Of a DNA stretch of 49,514 bases, positions 26,898-43,800 are shown piece after piece. Position numbers and translations under genes: made by a program. Position 1 is the first letter of the stretch; every line of letters begins with the position of its first letter. The stretch is from Neocallimastix sp. 'constans'. Its lineage: Eukaryota. The DNA lies in the NCBI GenBank assembly GCA_050613775.1, contig JBODTK010000148.1:372001-421514 (forward strand), in the 5' to 3' direction. The notes under the pieces were generated by a model. The model was given only the letters and a program-made list of their open reading frames with translations, was not told where the DNA came from and did no database searches.

Positions 26898-29800
26898 ATG
26901 GAATTACTTAATGAAACATTAGATTTATTAGAAAAATATGAAAAAGGAAGAAAAAACACTGTTTCATTGAATAGTGTTAATACTGTTGTTCAAAAAGATG
27001 ATGAAAAAGGAAATAAAGAAAATAATAACTCTAAAAGATTAAGTACAGCTGAATCTAGTGTGACTCGTATTAATTCAGTGGGTGCCAGAAGTTCAAAATC
27101 AATTGAACTACGATCTAATTGTGATTCTGATAGTGAGCATGAAGGTTTTGAAGAAGATGAAGATGAAGAATTTAAATCCTTTCCTGATGATAGTCTAGTA
27201 AGTTCTCAAAATGATAAAGAGAATATTAATTATGATACGGATTACTATGAATATCTTAATCAAAAGAATGGTGGTCGTAAGCGTTTTAACAGTATGCCTT
27301 CTTCTGAAAGACCCTATGTTCAAAGATCTCGTTCAAATAGCTCTCTTAGTACACCAGAACTTCTTATTTATGATAGTAATGAATATGATAGTTCCAGTAG
27401 TTATGGTTCAATTAATGGTGGAAGAGAAAATATTCGACCACCTCAGTTACCTGATTCACATGATAGATATTTAAATGGAAATAATAAAAAAATTTTCCTA
27501 AATAATCAGCTTATCGAAAATAACGAAAAGTTAGATGACACTAAAAAGACTCCTCAAAATAAGCAAGGCGTTGAAAATAGTGATAATTTATTAAATGTCA
27601 TGGATAAAGATACTACTACTAATAATAATAATACTAATAATACCAATACTAGTACTGATACTGGAAAGCAAAATTATTTATCAGTTTCTTCTTCATCTGA
27701 TTTCGTTATACCACTTCGTAGTCATTCATTAGTAGAAGATGAAATAACTAAAAGAATTAAAGCTAAATCTTACATTAGTCCATCTAGTTCACCAAAACCT
27801 TCAGTAAAATCATTACAATCACCAAAAATGAAAAGAGAAACTTTAAAGGTTAATATGGATGATTTAAAAGTACAAGTTGATGATCTCAAAAAAGGTAACG
27901 GAAATCAAAATGGTGATTCTTCGATAACTATTCCTTTACCTTCTCCAACTACACCAACTTCTCCTTCTTTACCAGCTTCACCAAGTTCACAAGCTGGTAA
28001 TGATTCGTTTATTGGACCAATGTCTAGATCATTTAGTATTAATCAAAATAATAATATATCTCCAAATATATCATATAATGATCATAATCTTCGTCCAATT
28101 TCTTCACTTTATCGTCAACATTCTCTTGGTAGTCATGATCAAAGATTAAGTAGAGCTCTAAATAACCGTTATTCTTCCTACGAAAATTGTCGTTCCAGAT
28201 CCATGTCTCCAAATCATCATAAGCCAACATTAGACGCCTTACCAGGAAATATTAATGCAGATGGTGGTGTATCCAGAGGATATTCTTCTTCCACACCTCC
28301 AGACATTTGTAAAAGTCATGAAAAAAATATTAAGGAAGCTGTTGCTTCTCCACTTACACGTGAAACTCCAAATTTATCTCATATTCCTCTTCATAATACT
28401 AATAAAAATGATAATAATCAGTATCATGAATCTTATAAGAATTCTGATGTCAAAAGTGATTTACCACATATCTATACTAGTCATTCTTCTGTAGAAAGTG
28501 AAACTAATGTTAAAGAAGCTGGATATCATGAAGGTCATTCTTTAATAGAAAATCATAGTCAAATTATGGATAAATCATTTTTCGAACAAATAAATAGGAG
28601 TGGTAATCCAAATGATCAAAGAAAAAGTGTACTCACCAGTACAAGTACTACTAATTCAATCATTATTCCTCCTAGTATTCCTATTCAAGGCGGTAAGAAA
28701 AATTCGTTAGAAATTAATAATGGTTTATTAACACCTCAATCTATACCAGGTACACCAGATTTAGGATTTAATCTTAATCTTAATAGTAATAATAATAATA
28801 GTAGTAATAATAATCATATTCATAATACGAATGTATCCCATGGAAATTATGATGGTATTCGTCTTCCAATTAGTAAAAGAAAATCAAGTATTCCAAATCC
28901 TCCACCATTAATATTGATGGAAGAACCTATGGAAGAACCTATGGAAGAACATTTAGAAGATTTAAAAAGAGAGGTCAAAAATGAATTAAAAAATGAACCT
29001 ATGAAAGAAAAGCAACAACAACAACAACAACAACAATTCCGAACAACTTCATTTCAAAAGTTTTCTGAAAAGGAGGTATTTAGTACCCTTATGGATTTAT
29101 TAAATCAAATGGAAGATAATCAAAATAAAACTGATCAAAAACTTATCAGTGATGCCCCTGTTCAACGAGCCTTAGATAATTTAGTAAAATCTTACTTCCC
29201 AGAAGGTCTTAATAGTAATGATGAAGCTCCTGTACCAAAATATCAAGCACCAGTTGGAAATTTACCTAATACTCCAAGATCTCCAATTCCTAAGAATTCT
29301 ATGATGATCGGTACACCAAAATTAAATAATATGGAATCGGCATTAAATAATTCTATGATGATCGGTACACCCAATTTAAATAATATGGAATCGGCAGTAA
29401 ATAATTCTATGATGATCGGTACACCCAAATTAAATAATATGGAATCGATGGCAAATAATTCTATGATGATCGGTACACCCAAATTAAATAATATGGAATC
29501 GGCAGTAAATAATTCTATGATGACACCCAAATTAAATAATATGGAATCGATGGTAAATAATTCTATGATGATAGGTACACCAAAATTAAATAATATGGAA
29601 TCAATGGCAAATAATTCAATGATGATAGGCACACCAAAATTAAATAATATGGAGAAATTAGATAATAAATTATTAATAAATGGATATAATTCTGGTAATG
29701 AATCTGAAGGTAGTGTTCGTCCAAAATTTAAGGAATCTAAAAAGTTCAGAGATCAAAGAGAATTACAACAAATTCTTAATTATAGCTCACCATCCCTTGT

Positions 29801-31463
29801 GGTTAAATCTAAAAAGGAAAGAGCAAAGCAACAACAACATTTGAGGTTAATACAACAACAACAAAAACAAGAAATGAGAGTTAAAATGATACAACAGCAA
29901 CAACAACAACAACTTCAAAATCATCTTAAACAACAAATAAGTCAAAAAGTACAACAAAATGCTATGATTCAACAGAAACTTAAACAACTTAATAACAAAA
30001 ATTCAATGGGAAGTCCAGCTATTAAGATGATGACTCCTGAATTAGATTTTCATTCTCCTAATATTAATAATGATTTTGACTATAATGATTTTAATGACTT
30101 TAGTGATAATAATAACAATAATAGGGATAGTGTTCCACCTCGTTTTGATTCCATTGTTCCCATCATGTCACCTGCTTCCAGTACTGTTTCTATGGATAAT
30201 ATTGCTGCTTTATCTCCAAGACCACGTAAAACTTCATTTAATAATGGCTTAGTTTCACCTTATCAATCTGTACTTTCTCCACTTAATAGTAATAATAGTA
30301 ATCAAAAATCACCATTGTTTTCAATGGATAAAGCTGGAATTCCTGTAACTAATGAATTACAAGGAATTTCTGTTTATCCTCATGAACATAGTGTCATATT
30401 AGATGGTAATTCAATGATTTCTGGTAGTAAGGTATCCTTAGTTAAAACAAAACCTAATAAAGTTATTCCACCAATTAATACTAATAGTAATAATAGAATA
30501 TCACCAAATATGTCTTTTACTAGAATGTCTATGATGGTCCCAACGATTGGTGTGTCTCCAACAATTCAAGATAAAAGTTTTTCTTTTGAAATAAATAATA
30601 ATTCTACTGATGTTAATGGATCACAACAAAGATTACATAATAAAAGTCCTTTTATTCATAATGCTGAATTAACTACAACTAATAATACTACCTCTACCTC
30701 TACATCCTCATCTACTACTTCTTCTTCTACTTCTACTTCTGAAAAGAAGCGTAAGGATAGATCAAAGAAGACATCTATCTTCTATATGCCACCTGATAAT
30801 AATTCTAAGCCATTATCAGCTATTGTTTCAGATGTTTCAGATGTTTCAGATGTGTCTATAAATAGTGAAGAACTTGATACCATTACTAAAAATAATACAA
30901 TTATTAATAGTAATAGTAATGCTCAAGGTTATAAATATAGAAATTCACTCTATAAAAATATGGGTTATAATTTATCAGCAGATAATTTAAATTCATTAAA
31001 AGAAAATTCAGAAGGTATTGCTCCATTAAGGAAATCCAATTCTATTGGTAGTCAACGTAATAATTATGGTATAATGGATGATGAACGTCATAATCAATTT
31101 ACAAAGTTTGATGCTAATCAAAGGGAAGGTGAAACGTTTATTGATAGTTTTTTAAATGAAATTAATGCATCTACTGGTTTTGAAAATAATATTATTCATC
31201 AAAAAGCACAAGAAGATTTAGCTATAAGAAGAGAACTGGAAATGAGAAGAAGAACAATGAATATGAATATGAATATGAATATGGGTAAGGGTAATACAAG
31301 TGCAAATCTCACTATAGGATCTCCTTCCAGTTCTATTAATATTAATCCATCAAATAATAATAAAAAAGAAATTAATAGTGAAAATTATTCGTATGGATCT
31401 TATGGTCATAGTCCAAATGGTTTAGCAAATAATGAATTTACTAATCAATATATGTATAAATAA
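26898..31463 (+). CDS. Hypothetical 1521-aa intronless Ser/Asn/Pro/Gln-rich, probably intrinsically disordered protein
   Basis: 4566-nt uninterrupted ORF with raised GC, poly-Q and poly-N tracts and many SP/TP sites; no folded domain recognised. Confidence 0.92.
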   Translation: MELLNETLDLLEKYEKGRKNTVSLNSVNTVVQKDDEKGNKENNNSKRLSTAESSVTRINSVGARSSKSIELRSNCDSDSEHEGFEEDEDEEFKSFPDDSLVSSQNDKENINYDTDYYEYLNQKNGGRKRFNSMPSSERPYVQRSRSNSSLSTPELLIYDSNEYDSSSSYGSINGGRENIRPPQLPDSHDRYLNGNNKKIFLNNQLIENNEKLDDTKKTPQNKQGVENSDNLLNVMDKDTTTNNNNTNNTNTSTDTGKQNYLSVSSSSDFVIPLRSHSLVEDEITKRIKAKSYISPSSSPKPSVKSLQSPKMKRETLKVNMDDLKVQVDDLKKGNGNQNGDSSITIPLPSPTTPTSPSLPASPSSQAGNDSFIGPMSRSFSINQNNNISPNISYNDHNLRPISSLYRQHSLGSHDQRLSRALNNRYSSYENCRSRSMSPNHHKPTLDALPGNINADGGVSRGYSSSTPPDICKSHEKNIKEAVASPLTRETPNLSHIPLHNTNKNDNNQYHESYKNSDVKSDLPHIYTSHSSVESETNVKEAGYHEGHSLIENHSQIMDKSFFEQINRSGNPNDQRKSVLTSTSTTNSIIIPPSIPIQGGKKNSLEINNGLLTPQSIPGTPDLGFNLNLNSNNNNSSNNNHIHNTNVSHGNYDGIRLPISKRKSSIPNPPPLILMEEPMEEPMEEHLEDLKREVKNELKNEPMKEKQQQQQQQQFRTTSFQKFSEKEVFSTLMDLLNQMEDNQNKTDQKLISDAPVQRALDNLVKSYFPEGLNSNDEAPVPKYQAPVGNLPNTPRSPIPKNSMMIGTPKLNNMESALNNSMMIGTPNLNNMESAVNNSMMIGTPKLNNMESMANNSMMIGTPKLNNMESAVNNSMMTPKLNNMESMVNNSMMIGTPKLNNMESMANNSMMIGTPKLNNMEKLDNKLLINGYNSGNESEGSVRPKFKESKKFRDQRELQQILNYSSPSLVVKSKKERAKQQQHLRLIQQQQKQEMRVKMIQQQQQQQLQNHLKQQISQKVQQNAMIQQKLKQLNNKNSMGSPAIKMMTPELDFHSPNINNDFDYNDFNDFSDNNNNNRDSVPPRFDSIVPIMSPASSTVSMDNIAALSPRPRKTSFNNGLVSPYQSVLSPLNSNNSNQKSPLFSMDKAGIPVTNELQGISVYPHEHSVILDGNSMISGSKVSLVKTKPNKVIPPINTNSNNRISPNMSFTRMSMMVPTIGVSPTIQDKSFSFEINNNSTDVNGSQQRLHNKSPFIHNAELTTTNNTTSTSTSSSTTSSSTSTSEKKRKDRSKKTSIFYMPPDNNSKPLSAIVSDVSDVSDVSINSEELDTITKNNTIINSNSNAQGYKYRNSLYKNMGYNLSADNLNSLKENSEGIAPLRKSNSIGSQRNNYGIMDDERHNQFTKFDANQREGETFIDSFLNEINASTGFENNIIHQKAQEDLAIRRELEMRRRTMNMNMNMNMGKGNTSANLTIGSPSSSININPSNNNKKEINSENYSYGSYGHSPNGLANNEFTNQYMYK
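29295..29654 (+). repeat. Coding 54-bp minisatellite: 7 x NNSMMIGTPKLNNMESxx
   Basis: Seven 18-aa units are visible in the translation; the fifth lacks 6 nt (IG) and keeps frame. Confidence 0.95.
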
Positions 31464-31538
31464 TCATCAAATAAAAGGATATTATTCAAAAAAAAAAAAA
31501 AAGATTTTTTTTCATATATAAAAAAATAAAGTACAATA

Positions 31539-31571
<33 letters not shown>

Positions 31572-32427
31572 TGAAAAATGAAAAATGAAAAATGAAAAAT
31601 GAAAAATATGAAACAGAAAAGCAAAAAATAAAATTTAATAGTTGAACAACGTTAAAGTTTATTCTACTTAGATAAAGTATATAGGATAATAATTCTAATA
31701 ATTATAAAATATATATACATTTGAAGCATTTTTATATAGATAAATAGAAATTTGATAAAGAATGCTATTATTAAAATCCTATTTATAAATTTAATATGCT
31801 TCTTTTTATTTCTTATATTATTTATTTTTTTTCTTTTTAAATTCATTTAACAAACAAACAAACAAACAATAATAACTTAAAAAAAAAAAAAAAAACAGGG
31901 CGGAATTATAAGTATCTAGTAATTTAATTTTTAAGTATTAAGAATGATTGAATATTTTAATAATCAATTATTCATTTTAATACAAATTAATTTTAAGAAT
32001 TTAATAACTTTCTAATTTATTATTTCTTTTATGTATGAAAACAAAAAAAAAAACAAAAAAAAACAAAAAAAAAAAAACAAAAAAAAAATAAAGAAGAAGA
32101 GTAAATGATACATGATAATTATGAAAAATAAATCAAAAAAATAATTGCATTAAAAGCAAAACAAAACAAAATAATAATAAAACTACTAATAAAATAACCA
32201 GTCAAACAAACAAACAAACAAAAATAAATAAATAAATAATACTAATAATGATAATCATCAAAATTAAATATATATAATAAACATAAAAAAAAAAGAAAAA
32301 AAGAAAAAAAGAAAAATATCAAAATATCAAAATGTCAAAAATATCAAAGAACCAAAAAAAAGCAAAAATCAAAAAACAAAAAACCAATAAATCAAAAAAA
32401 TCAAAAAAATCAAAAAAATCAAAAAAT

Positions 32428-32461
<34 letters not shown>

Positions 32462-32514
32462 CAAAGTAAAAAAGTAATAAAACGTCCAAGCTTAAACAGG
32501 AAACAAATAATAAT

Positions 32515-32547
<33 letters not shown>

Positions 32548-32957
32548 AATAGCCGAATTTAAATATATATATTTCTTTTCTTTTTTTATTTTATTTTATT
32601 TTTTTGTTTATATATTAAATTTTTTTATTATATAAAAAATTTAATTATTAAATAAATTATTTTTTATTTAATTTTTTATTTAAAAGAAACAAAACAAAAC
32701 AAAAAAAACAAACCAAAAAAAAAAAAAAAAGAAAGATAATTAAAATTAAAAAAAATTTCAGGGAAATATATATAACTAATCACTTTCACATACGTTCATA
32801 AAAATTATAAAAAAAAAAATTTTTTTTCCAAATTTAAAAGTATTAAAATATAAGTTTTTTTTTAATTTTTTTTTTTTTTTAATATTTCATTATATGTTAT
32901 TTTATTTTTTTCTTTTTTGGAAAGTTAAAAAAAAAAAAAACAAAAAACAACTATTTC

Positions 32958-32989
<32 letters not shown>

Positions 32990-33102
32990 GATTGTATTAA
33001 AATAAAAATAAAAACAAAACAAAACAAAATAATAAATATAAATAATAATATAATATAATAAAATTAAAATAAAATATAATAAATTATTTTTTAATAATCT
33101 AT

Positions 33103-33151
<49 letters not shown>

Positions 33152-33241
33152 ATTATTTTGTGTTTAATATAAATAATGCTTTTATAATATTTTATTTACA
33201 TATATAAACATTAAATATATATATATATATATGTATTTTAC

Positions 33242-33365
33242 TTTTCATTTCTTTATTCAAAAAAGATAAATTAAAAAAAAAAAAATTTTTTTATTACAGT
33301 AATGTCTTAATTTTAATTTAAAAAAGAAATAGCCTCTATATAAAAAGAAAAAGAAAAGGAAAAAT
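33242..33365 (+). repeat. Dispersed ~120-bp repeat, copy 2
   Basis: Matches 18981-19100 in the same orientation. Confidence 0.8.
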
Positions 33366-33599
33366 AAATTAATAAATAAATAAATAAAAGGAAAAAAAAA
33401 AAAAAATCAAATCCATTTTTAATCTATGAAAGTATAGAGTTTATAAAACTTAAAAGAGGTTTTACATAAATTAAATTTTTAAAAAAATTTTATTTGTAAT
33501 GGTATATTTTAAATAAATATTTACATTTATATTTATACTTTAATTTATTGTTTAATATATAATATATGTTAGAAACTGTTGATTGAATATAAAAAAAAA

Positions 33600-38106
<4,507 letters not shown>

Positions 38107-38686
38107 GTTTTAATTCTTCTTCTTCTTCTTCTTATTATTATTGTTATTATGTTATTATTATTATTATTATTTATTTTTTTTTTTTTTAACAAAAAATCAA
38201 ATCCAAGAAAGTAAAAACAAGAAAAAAGAAAAGAACATAAATAAACCAATAAACCAACAAACTATATATGATACAATAAATCGATTTTATGTTTTATACG
38301 TTTTTATAAATATATATATATATATATATGTAAAAAATTTTATTTATGATGATGCAATAAAAAAAATAAAGTAAAAAAAAAAAAAAAAAAAATAATTTAA
38401 TTAATATCCATAAATGTCAAGTGGCAAAAGTTGAAATAGTACTGAAGGTAATAATATTAAATAATTGGTAATTTCATTAATCATAAAATAAATAATAATA
38501 ATAATAATAGTAATAGTAATAAATTTGAGAAAAAAAAAAAAAAAAAAAAAAAAATTAATTTCATTGAATTTTTTTTTTTTTTTTTTAAATTATATTTTTT
38601 TAATAATTTAATTATAGTTATATATAAAAGAATGTATTAAATTTAATTAATAAATTAATACTATATAAATTAATGTATATTGAAAA

Positions 38687-38721
<35 letters not shown>

Positions 38722-39226
38722 AATAATAAAGTAATAAAGTAATAAAAGGTTTATAATTAAATTATTATTTATTCATATTCAATAAGTAAAAATACTTTAA
38801 AGAGTTAACTTTTTTTTAACTTTATAATAAAAATTATATATAATTTTTTTTTTGTTTTTTATTAATTAATATATTTTTATAATCCATTTGATCACTCTTT
38901 TTATTATTTGTTATTTTTGATTGATTTAATTTTTTTTATTTTTATTTTTATATTATTCAATAGTCAATTTTTATATTAATTATATTTATATATGAATATA
39001 TATAATAAAATGTTTTTTTTTTTTTTTTTTTTTTTTTGAGAAAAAATTACAGTTTATTATAATTAAAGTTATTTCCATATAATATTTATTAATAATAATA
39101 TAATAATAATATAATATTTATTGTTATCATTATTATTTGATATCGTTATTATTAAAAAATATTTAAAAGTAATATTTAAAAAAAAAAAAAAAAGTATACT
39201 TTTCATTGATAAAATTGATCATAAGT

Positions 39227-39264
39227 TTTAGTTTAAAACATAAGATTTTATGTTTTAAACTAAA
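39227..39264. repeat. Perfect 17-bp inverted repeat with a 4-nt loop
   Basis: TTTAGTTTAAAACATAA-GATT-TTATGTTTTAAACTAAA. Confidence 0.9.
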
Positions 39265-40836
39265 TAGGATATCATCTAATTCATTCTATTATTAATAAAT
39301 ATATATTATTAATAATACTTTTTATTCATTTCTTATTTTCTCAAATTATATTAAATAAGTAAAATGATAACAATAAAAATTTGTAAATATGTTTCATAGA
39401 ATAGAATTTATTGTATTTTTTTTTTTTTTTTTTTTTTTTATTATTACTAAGAATTGATCTTTTTAGTAGTTAATTTAATAATGAAATATCATAATTTAAA
39501 ATTAATATAATGAACAGTAAAAATAAAAAATTAATAATATATTTATAATAAATATATTTTAAAACTGAGTAATAAAATTTTTTTTATATATATTAAACTT
39601 TTGATGTTGTATAATAAAATAAAAAAATATATATAAATAAAATAATTAAAAAATTTTTTTAAAAAAATTAAAAAAAAAAAAACATTTTTATAAATTCATA
39701 TTAATTAAATTTTTAATTAAATTAAAAAAAAAAAAAAAAAACAAAACAAACCAAAAAACAAAAACGTAAAATATCATATTTATATAAATTATATATATAT
39801 ATATATTGATTATTTTAAAAAAAAAAAATAAAATAAAATTAAATTACCAAAACTTGCTTTTTTAAAAAAAATATAAATATAAATATAAATATAACTAAAA
39901 TGAAATAAAATGAAATAAAAAAAAAAGGGAAAAAAAAAAAGATATAAGATAAAATAAAACAAAAAAACAAAGAAGATAAAAAAATAAAAAACATCGATAT
40001 CACTTTTCGTTATAATATTTTTTAAAAACATTAAAAAAAAAAAAATAAAATAACAACATATAACAATAATAATAGAACTATATTTAATAGTTTTTTTTTA
40101 TTAAAATAAAATATTAATACAAATATACAAATAAAAATAAAAAAAAAAAAAATTTTTTTTTTGCTATTTAAAATTTTATTTTAAAATTGTTTTTTTTTAA
40201 TCTATTTTTTTTTTTTATTCTTATAATTTTTAAATTTTTTTTTAAAACAAATAATCAAAAGGAGAAGAAAAAATATATATATAATTTTTTATTTATAAAA
40301 AAAAAAAATAATAATAATAATAATAATATACCATACGAATTTTTCAATTTTTATTATTTAACACTTAATACATTTTTAATATATATATATATTTTTTAAA
40401 ACAAATTTATATATTTATATATGCAACTTCATGAGTATGTTTAATGAATAAAAAGAAATATATATAAAAAATTAAATAAAAAAATTTTTTTTTTTTTTTT
40501 TTTTTGTTGTATCGGTCATAGGTCATAGAATAGAATTAACTGTTAAAAATTAAAAAATTTTAAAAAATATTAAAATATTTATTATCTTTTTAATGCATTA
40601 ATTTTTTGTTTTTAGTTTCTGTTTTGTTTTATATATATATATATTTATTTTTATTTATTTTTATTTTTGTTGTTTTTATTTTTTTTTTTTTTTTGATTAT
40701 AAAATCATCTATTTTCTTTGATCTTATTATATCTATTATTATTATAATAAAAATTATTAGTATTTGTAACCATTAGAATATTTAAATTATATAAAAATAC
40801 TAAAATATAATCTTTATAAAAAAAAAAAAAAAAAAA

Positions 40837-43800
40837 ATGACTAGTACTATTCTTGAGGAAGAGTTCGATGAAAACTATGAACCAACCCTTGAAGGTATAA
40901 AAAAAAAAAAAAAAAAACAAATCCAACTATAACGATAAAAAAATACATACACATATATATATATCAATACCTTCTATTGAAGTTATATACAAATGCTTAA
41001 TTATTATAAAATATAATATATATATATATAAGATATTATAAACACAAAAATTTTGTACTAAATATTATTAACATATCAAATATATATATATAAATATATA
41101 TATGTATTTTATATAGAAATTGAGGAATATGCCTCATTTCTTGGAATGGATCTAGAAAAAGAAAGACATTTTCTTTGGATAGCACGAGAATCACTTAAAG
41201 CACCATTACCACCAAATTGGAAACCATGGTATCTATATAATATAAATTAATAGCAAATGAAATTAATTTAAAGGAAAGAACAATAACAACAACAGAAGCA
41301 TCAAAAAAATAAAAAAAAATAAAAAATAATAAAATACAATATACAAATAAAAAAAAAAAAAAGATAAAAAAAATAAAAAAAATGAAATACAATATACAAG
41401 TAAAAAAAAAAAAAAAAGAAAAAAATAAAAAAGAAAAATAAAAAATAAAAAAAAAAAATACAATATACAAATAAAAAAAAAAATAAAAAAATAAAAAAAA
41501 TGAAATACAATATACAAGTAAAAAAAAAATCTATATATATTTATATATAAACGAATATTAATTTCTTTATAAATATTTTATATTAAATAGTCAAACCGAT
41601 GATGAAAACATATATTATTTTAATTTTGTAACTGGTGAAAGTATATGGGATCATCCATGTGATGAGTATTATAGAAAGTTATATCAAAGTGAGAAAGAAA
41701 AATGTAAAAAAGAAGGAATAGAAAATTATAAAAAAACTCATCCATCCATTATAACTGATGTAATATATAAATATATATTTATATACCATATATTATATCT
41801 ATCTATATCTATATATATATAATACATTTATATATTAATAAAATAATATTTAAAAATATGAATGACTAATATATATATATATATATATGTTTTTTTTTTT
41901 TTATTCGTTTTATTATATTTTATTTAATTAAATGTATATAATTCATAATTCCTACTTATATATACAAAAAAAAAAAAAAATTAGGAAAAAGGAAATGTAA
42001 AACTATCTATGAATAATGATACAAAAATTAATGAAACCAAAAATAATCCGGTATTATCAAAACCGGTTGAATTAGCTCCAATAAAGAATGCCTATTTAAA
42101 ACCAAAAACAACATCACCACAAGAAACAATAGATTCCATAAACATATTACCACCCACAAAAAATAATAAATTATTAAGTGTGTCGGATATAGATTTGTCT
42201 GATAATGAGGATGATAAGGAATGTGAGGAAGAAAAATCCGGATCATTAGAAGAAAGTAATTAATAATTATTGAAAAAAAAAAATATATATATATATATAA
42301 AAATAAAGAAAAAAAAAATTATAAAGATTTAGATTTAAATAGGGGGAAAATTTCTTTATTAATATTACATTACATATATTTAAAATGAAATATTAATTTA
42401 TTTTATTTTATTTTATTTTATTTTTATTTATTTTTTTTTTTTTTTTTTTTTTTGATTATTATTTTAAAAATAAATATATATATATATATAATATAATATA
42501 ATATAATAATTATTACAACTATATTAATTATATTTAAATAATGAAATACATAATAAACGTATGACTATAATAATATAAATAAATATTTTTATTGTATGAA
42601 GCTAATAGAAACATTAATCATAGTGATATAAATGGAGAGACTGAAGAAAATGATGATGAGGAAGAAGAAGAAATTGAAGAAGATGAAGATGATTTTGAGG
42701 AATATGATGAAGATGAAGAAGATGAAGAGGATTTAGAAGAAAAATCTGTAAGTGTAGAGCTTACAGAAGAAAAGAATAATAATATTTTAAAAATAATTGC
42801 AAATCAGAAGGCACCAACCATTGAGATGAATTCAGAAATTAGTGATAATTTCAGTATAACCGATAATAATAAATCAAGAGTTGAGGATCTGAAAGTAAAA
42901 TCTCCTCTTTCTCCTGTAATATCACCCCCTAAAAAGAATTTAGTTATTGAATTTGCATTAACGAATGATAAAGATGAATCCTCACCACCACCACTACCAG
43001 AAAAAAGTAATACATTAGAACAAAAAAATACTAATAGTAATGTTGATACAAACACTAAAAAAGATAATAATAAAGAGGATCATAGAGATAGTAGCAAAGA
43101 TATTGATGAAAACAACAAAACCAAGGAGGATATTAAAAAAAATAATAATAATAGTAGTAAAGGGAACAATGATAATAATAATGACAAAAGTGATACCAAT
43201 AATAAAAAATTAACAAAAGAAGAAGAAGAAAAAGTAACCAAAGAAAAGGAAGAACTTCAAAAACAATTAGAAAAAGTAAGAGAAAGATATGAACTTCAGT
43301 TAAAAGAACTTAATGAAACAAATGAAGGAAAAATAAAAGAAATTGAAGCGATGCATGAAGAAGAAATGCAAAGCTTAATGGTAAGTAATGAAAAGGAATT
43401 AGTAAAGGAACGTGAATTGTTTACTACAAAAAGGAATGAATTGAAAAAAGCAAATGAAGAAGAACTTCAGGAAATTAAAACGAAACATATGAATGAAATT
43501 GATAGTATTATAAAAAGTAATAAAGAAGAGATAAGTAAAATTACAGGAGATTATCGTCAAAAAATTGAATCGGTGAAAAGTGAAAGTGATAAAAGTTTCA
43601 AAGAGCTTAAAAGTGATTTTGATACCCAAAAAACTAAATTAATGAATGAATACAAAAATAAATTGGAACAAATTCAAAAAGATAATGAATCCAATCTCTC
43701 CGAACTTCAAAAAAATAATCTTAAAAAGTTACAATCCGATCAAGAAATCGGATTTAATACCGAGTCGGATAAAATTAAAAAAGAATTCTCTGATAAATTA

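Noticed and set aside
27211..30252. Small ORFs overlapping the 1521-aa gene
   Set aside because: Off-frame or antisense shadows of Asn-rich and repeated coding sequence.
38400..40836. RFX X-box upstream of CEP164
   Set aside because: The best candidates (GTTGAAATAGTAC, GTTGTATCGGTCAT) fit the GTTNCCATGGNAAC consensus poorly.
39810..41517. Phe/Ile/Tyr-rich short ORFs
   Set aside because: Products of poly-A/T intergenic and intronic sequence.
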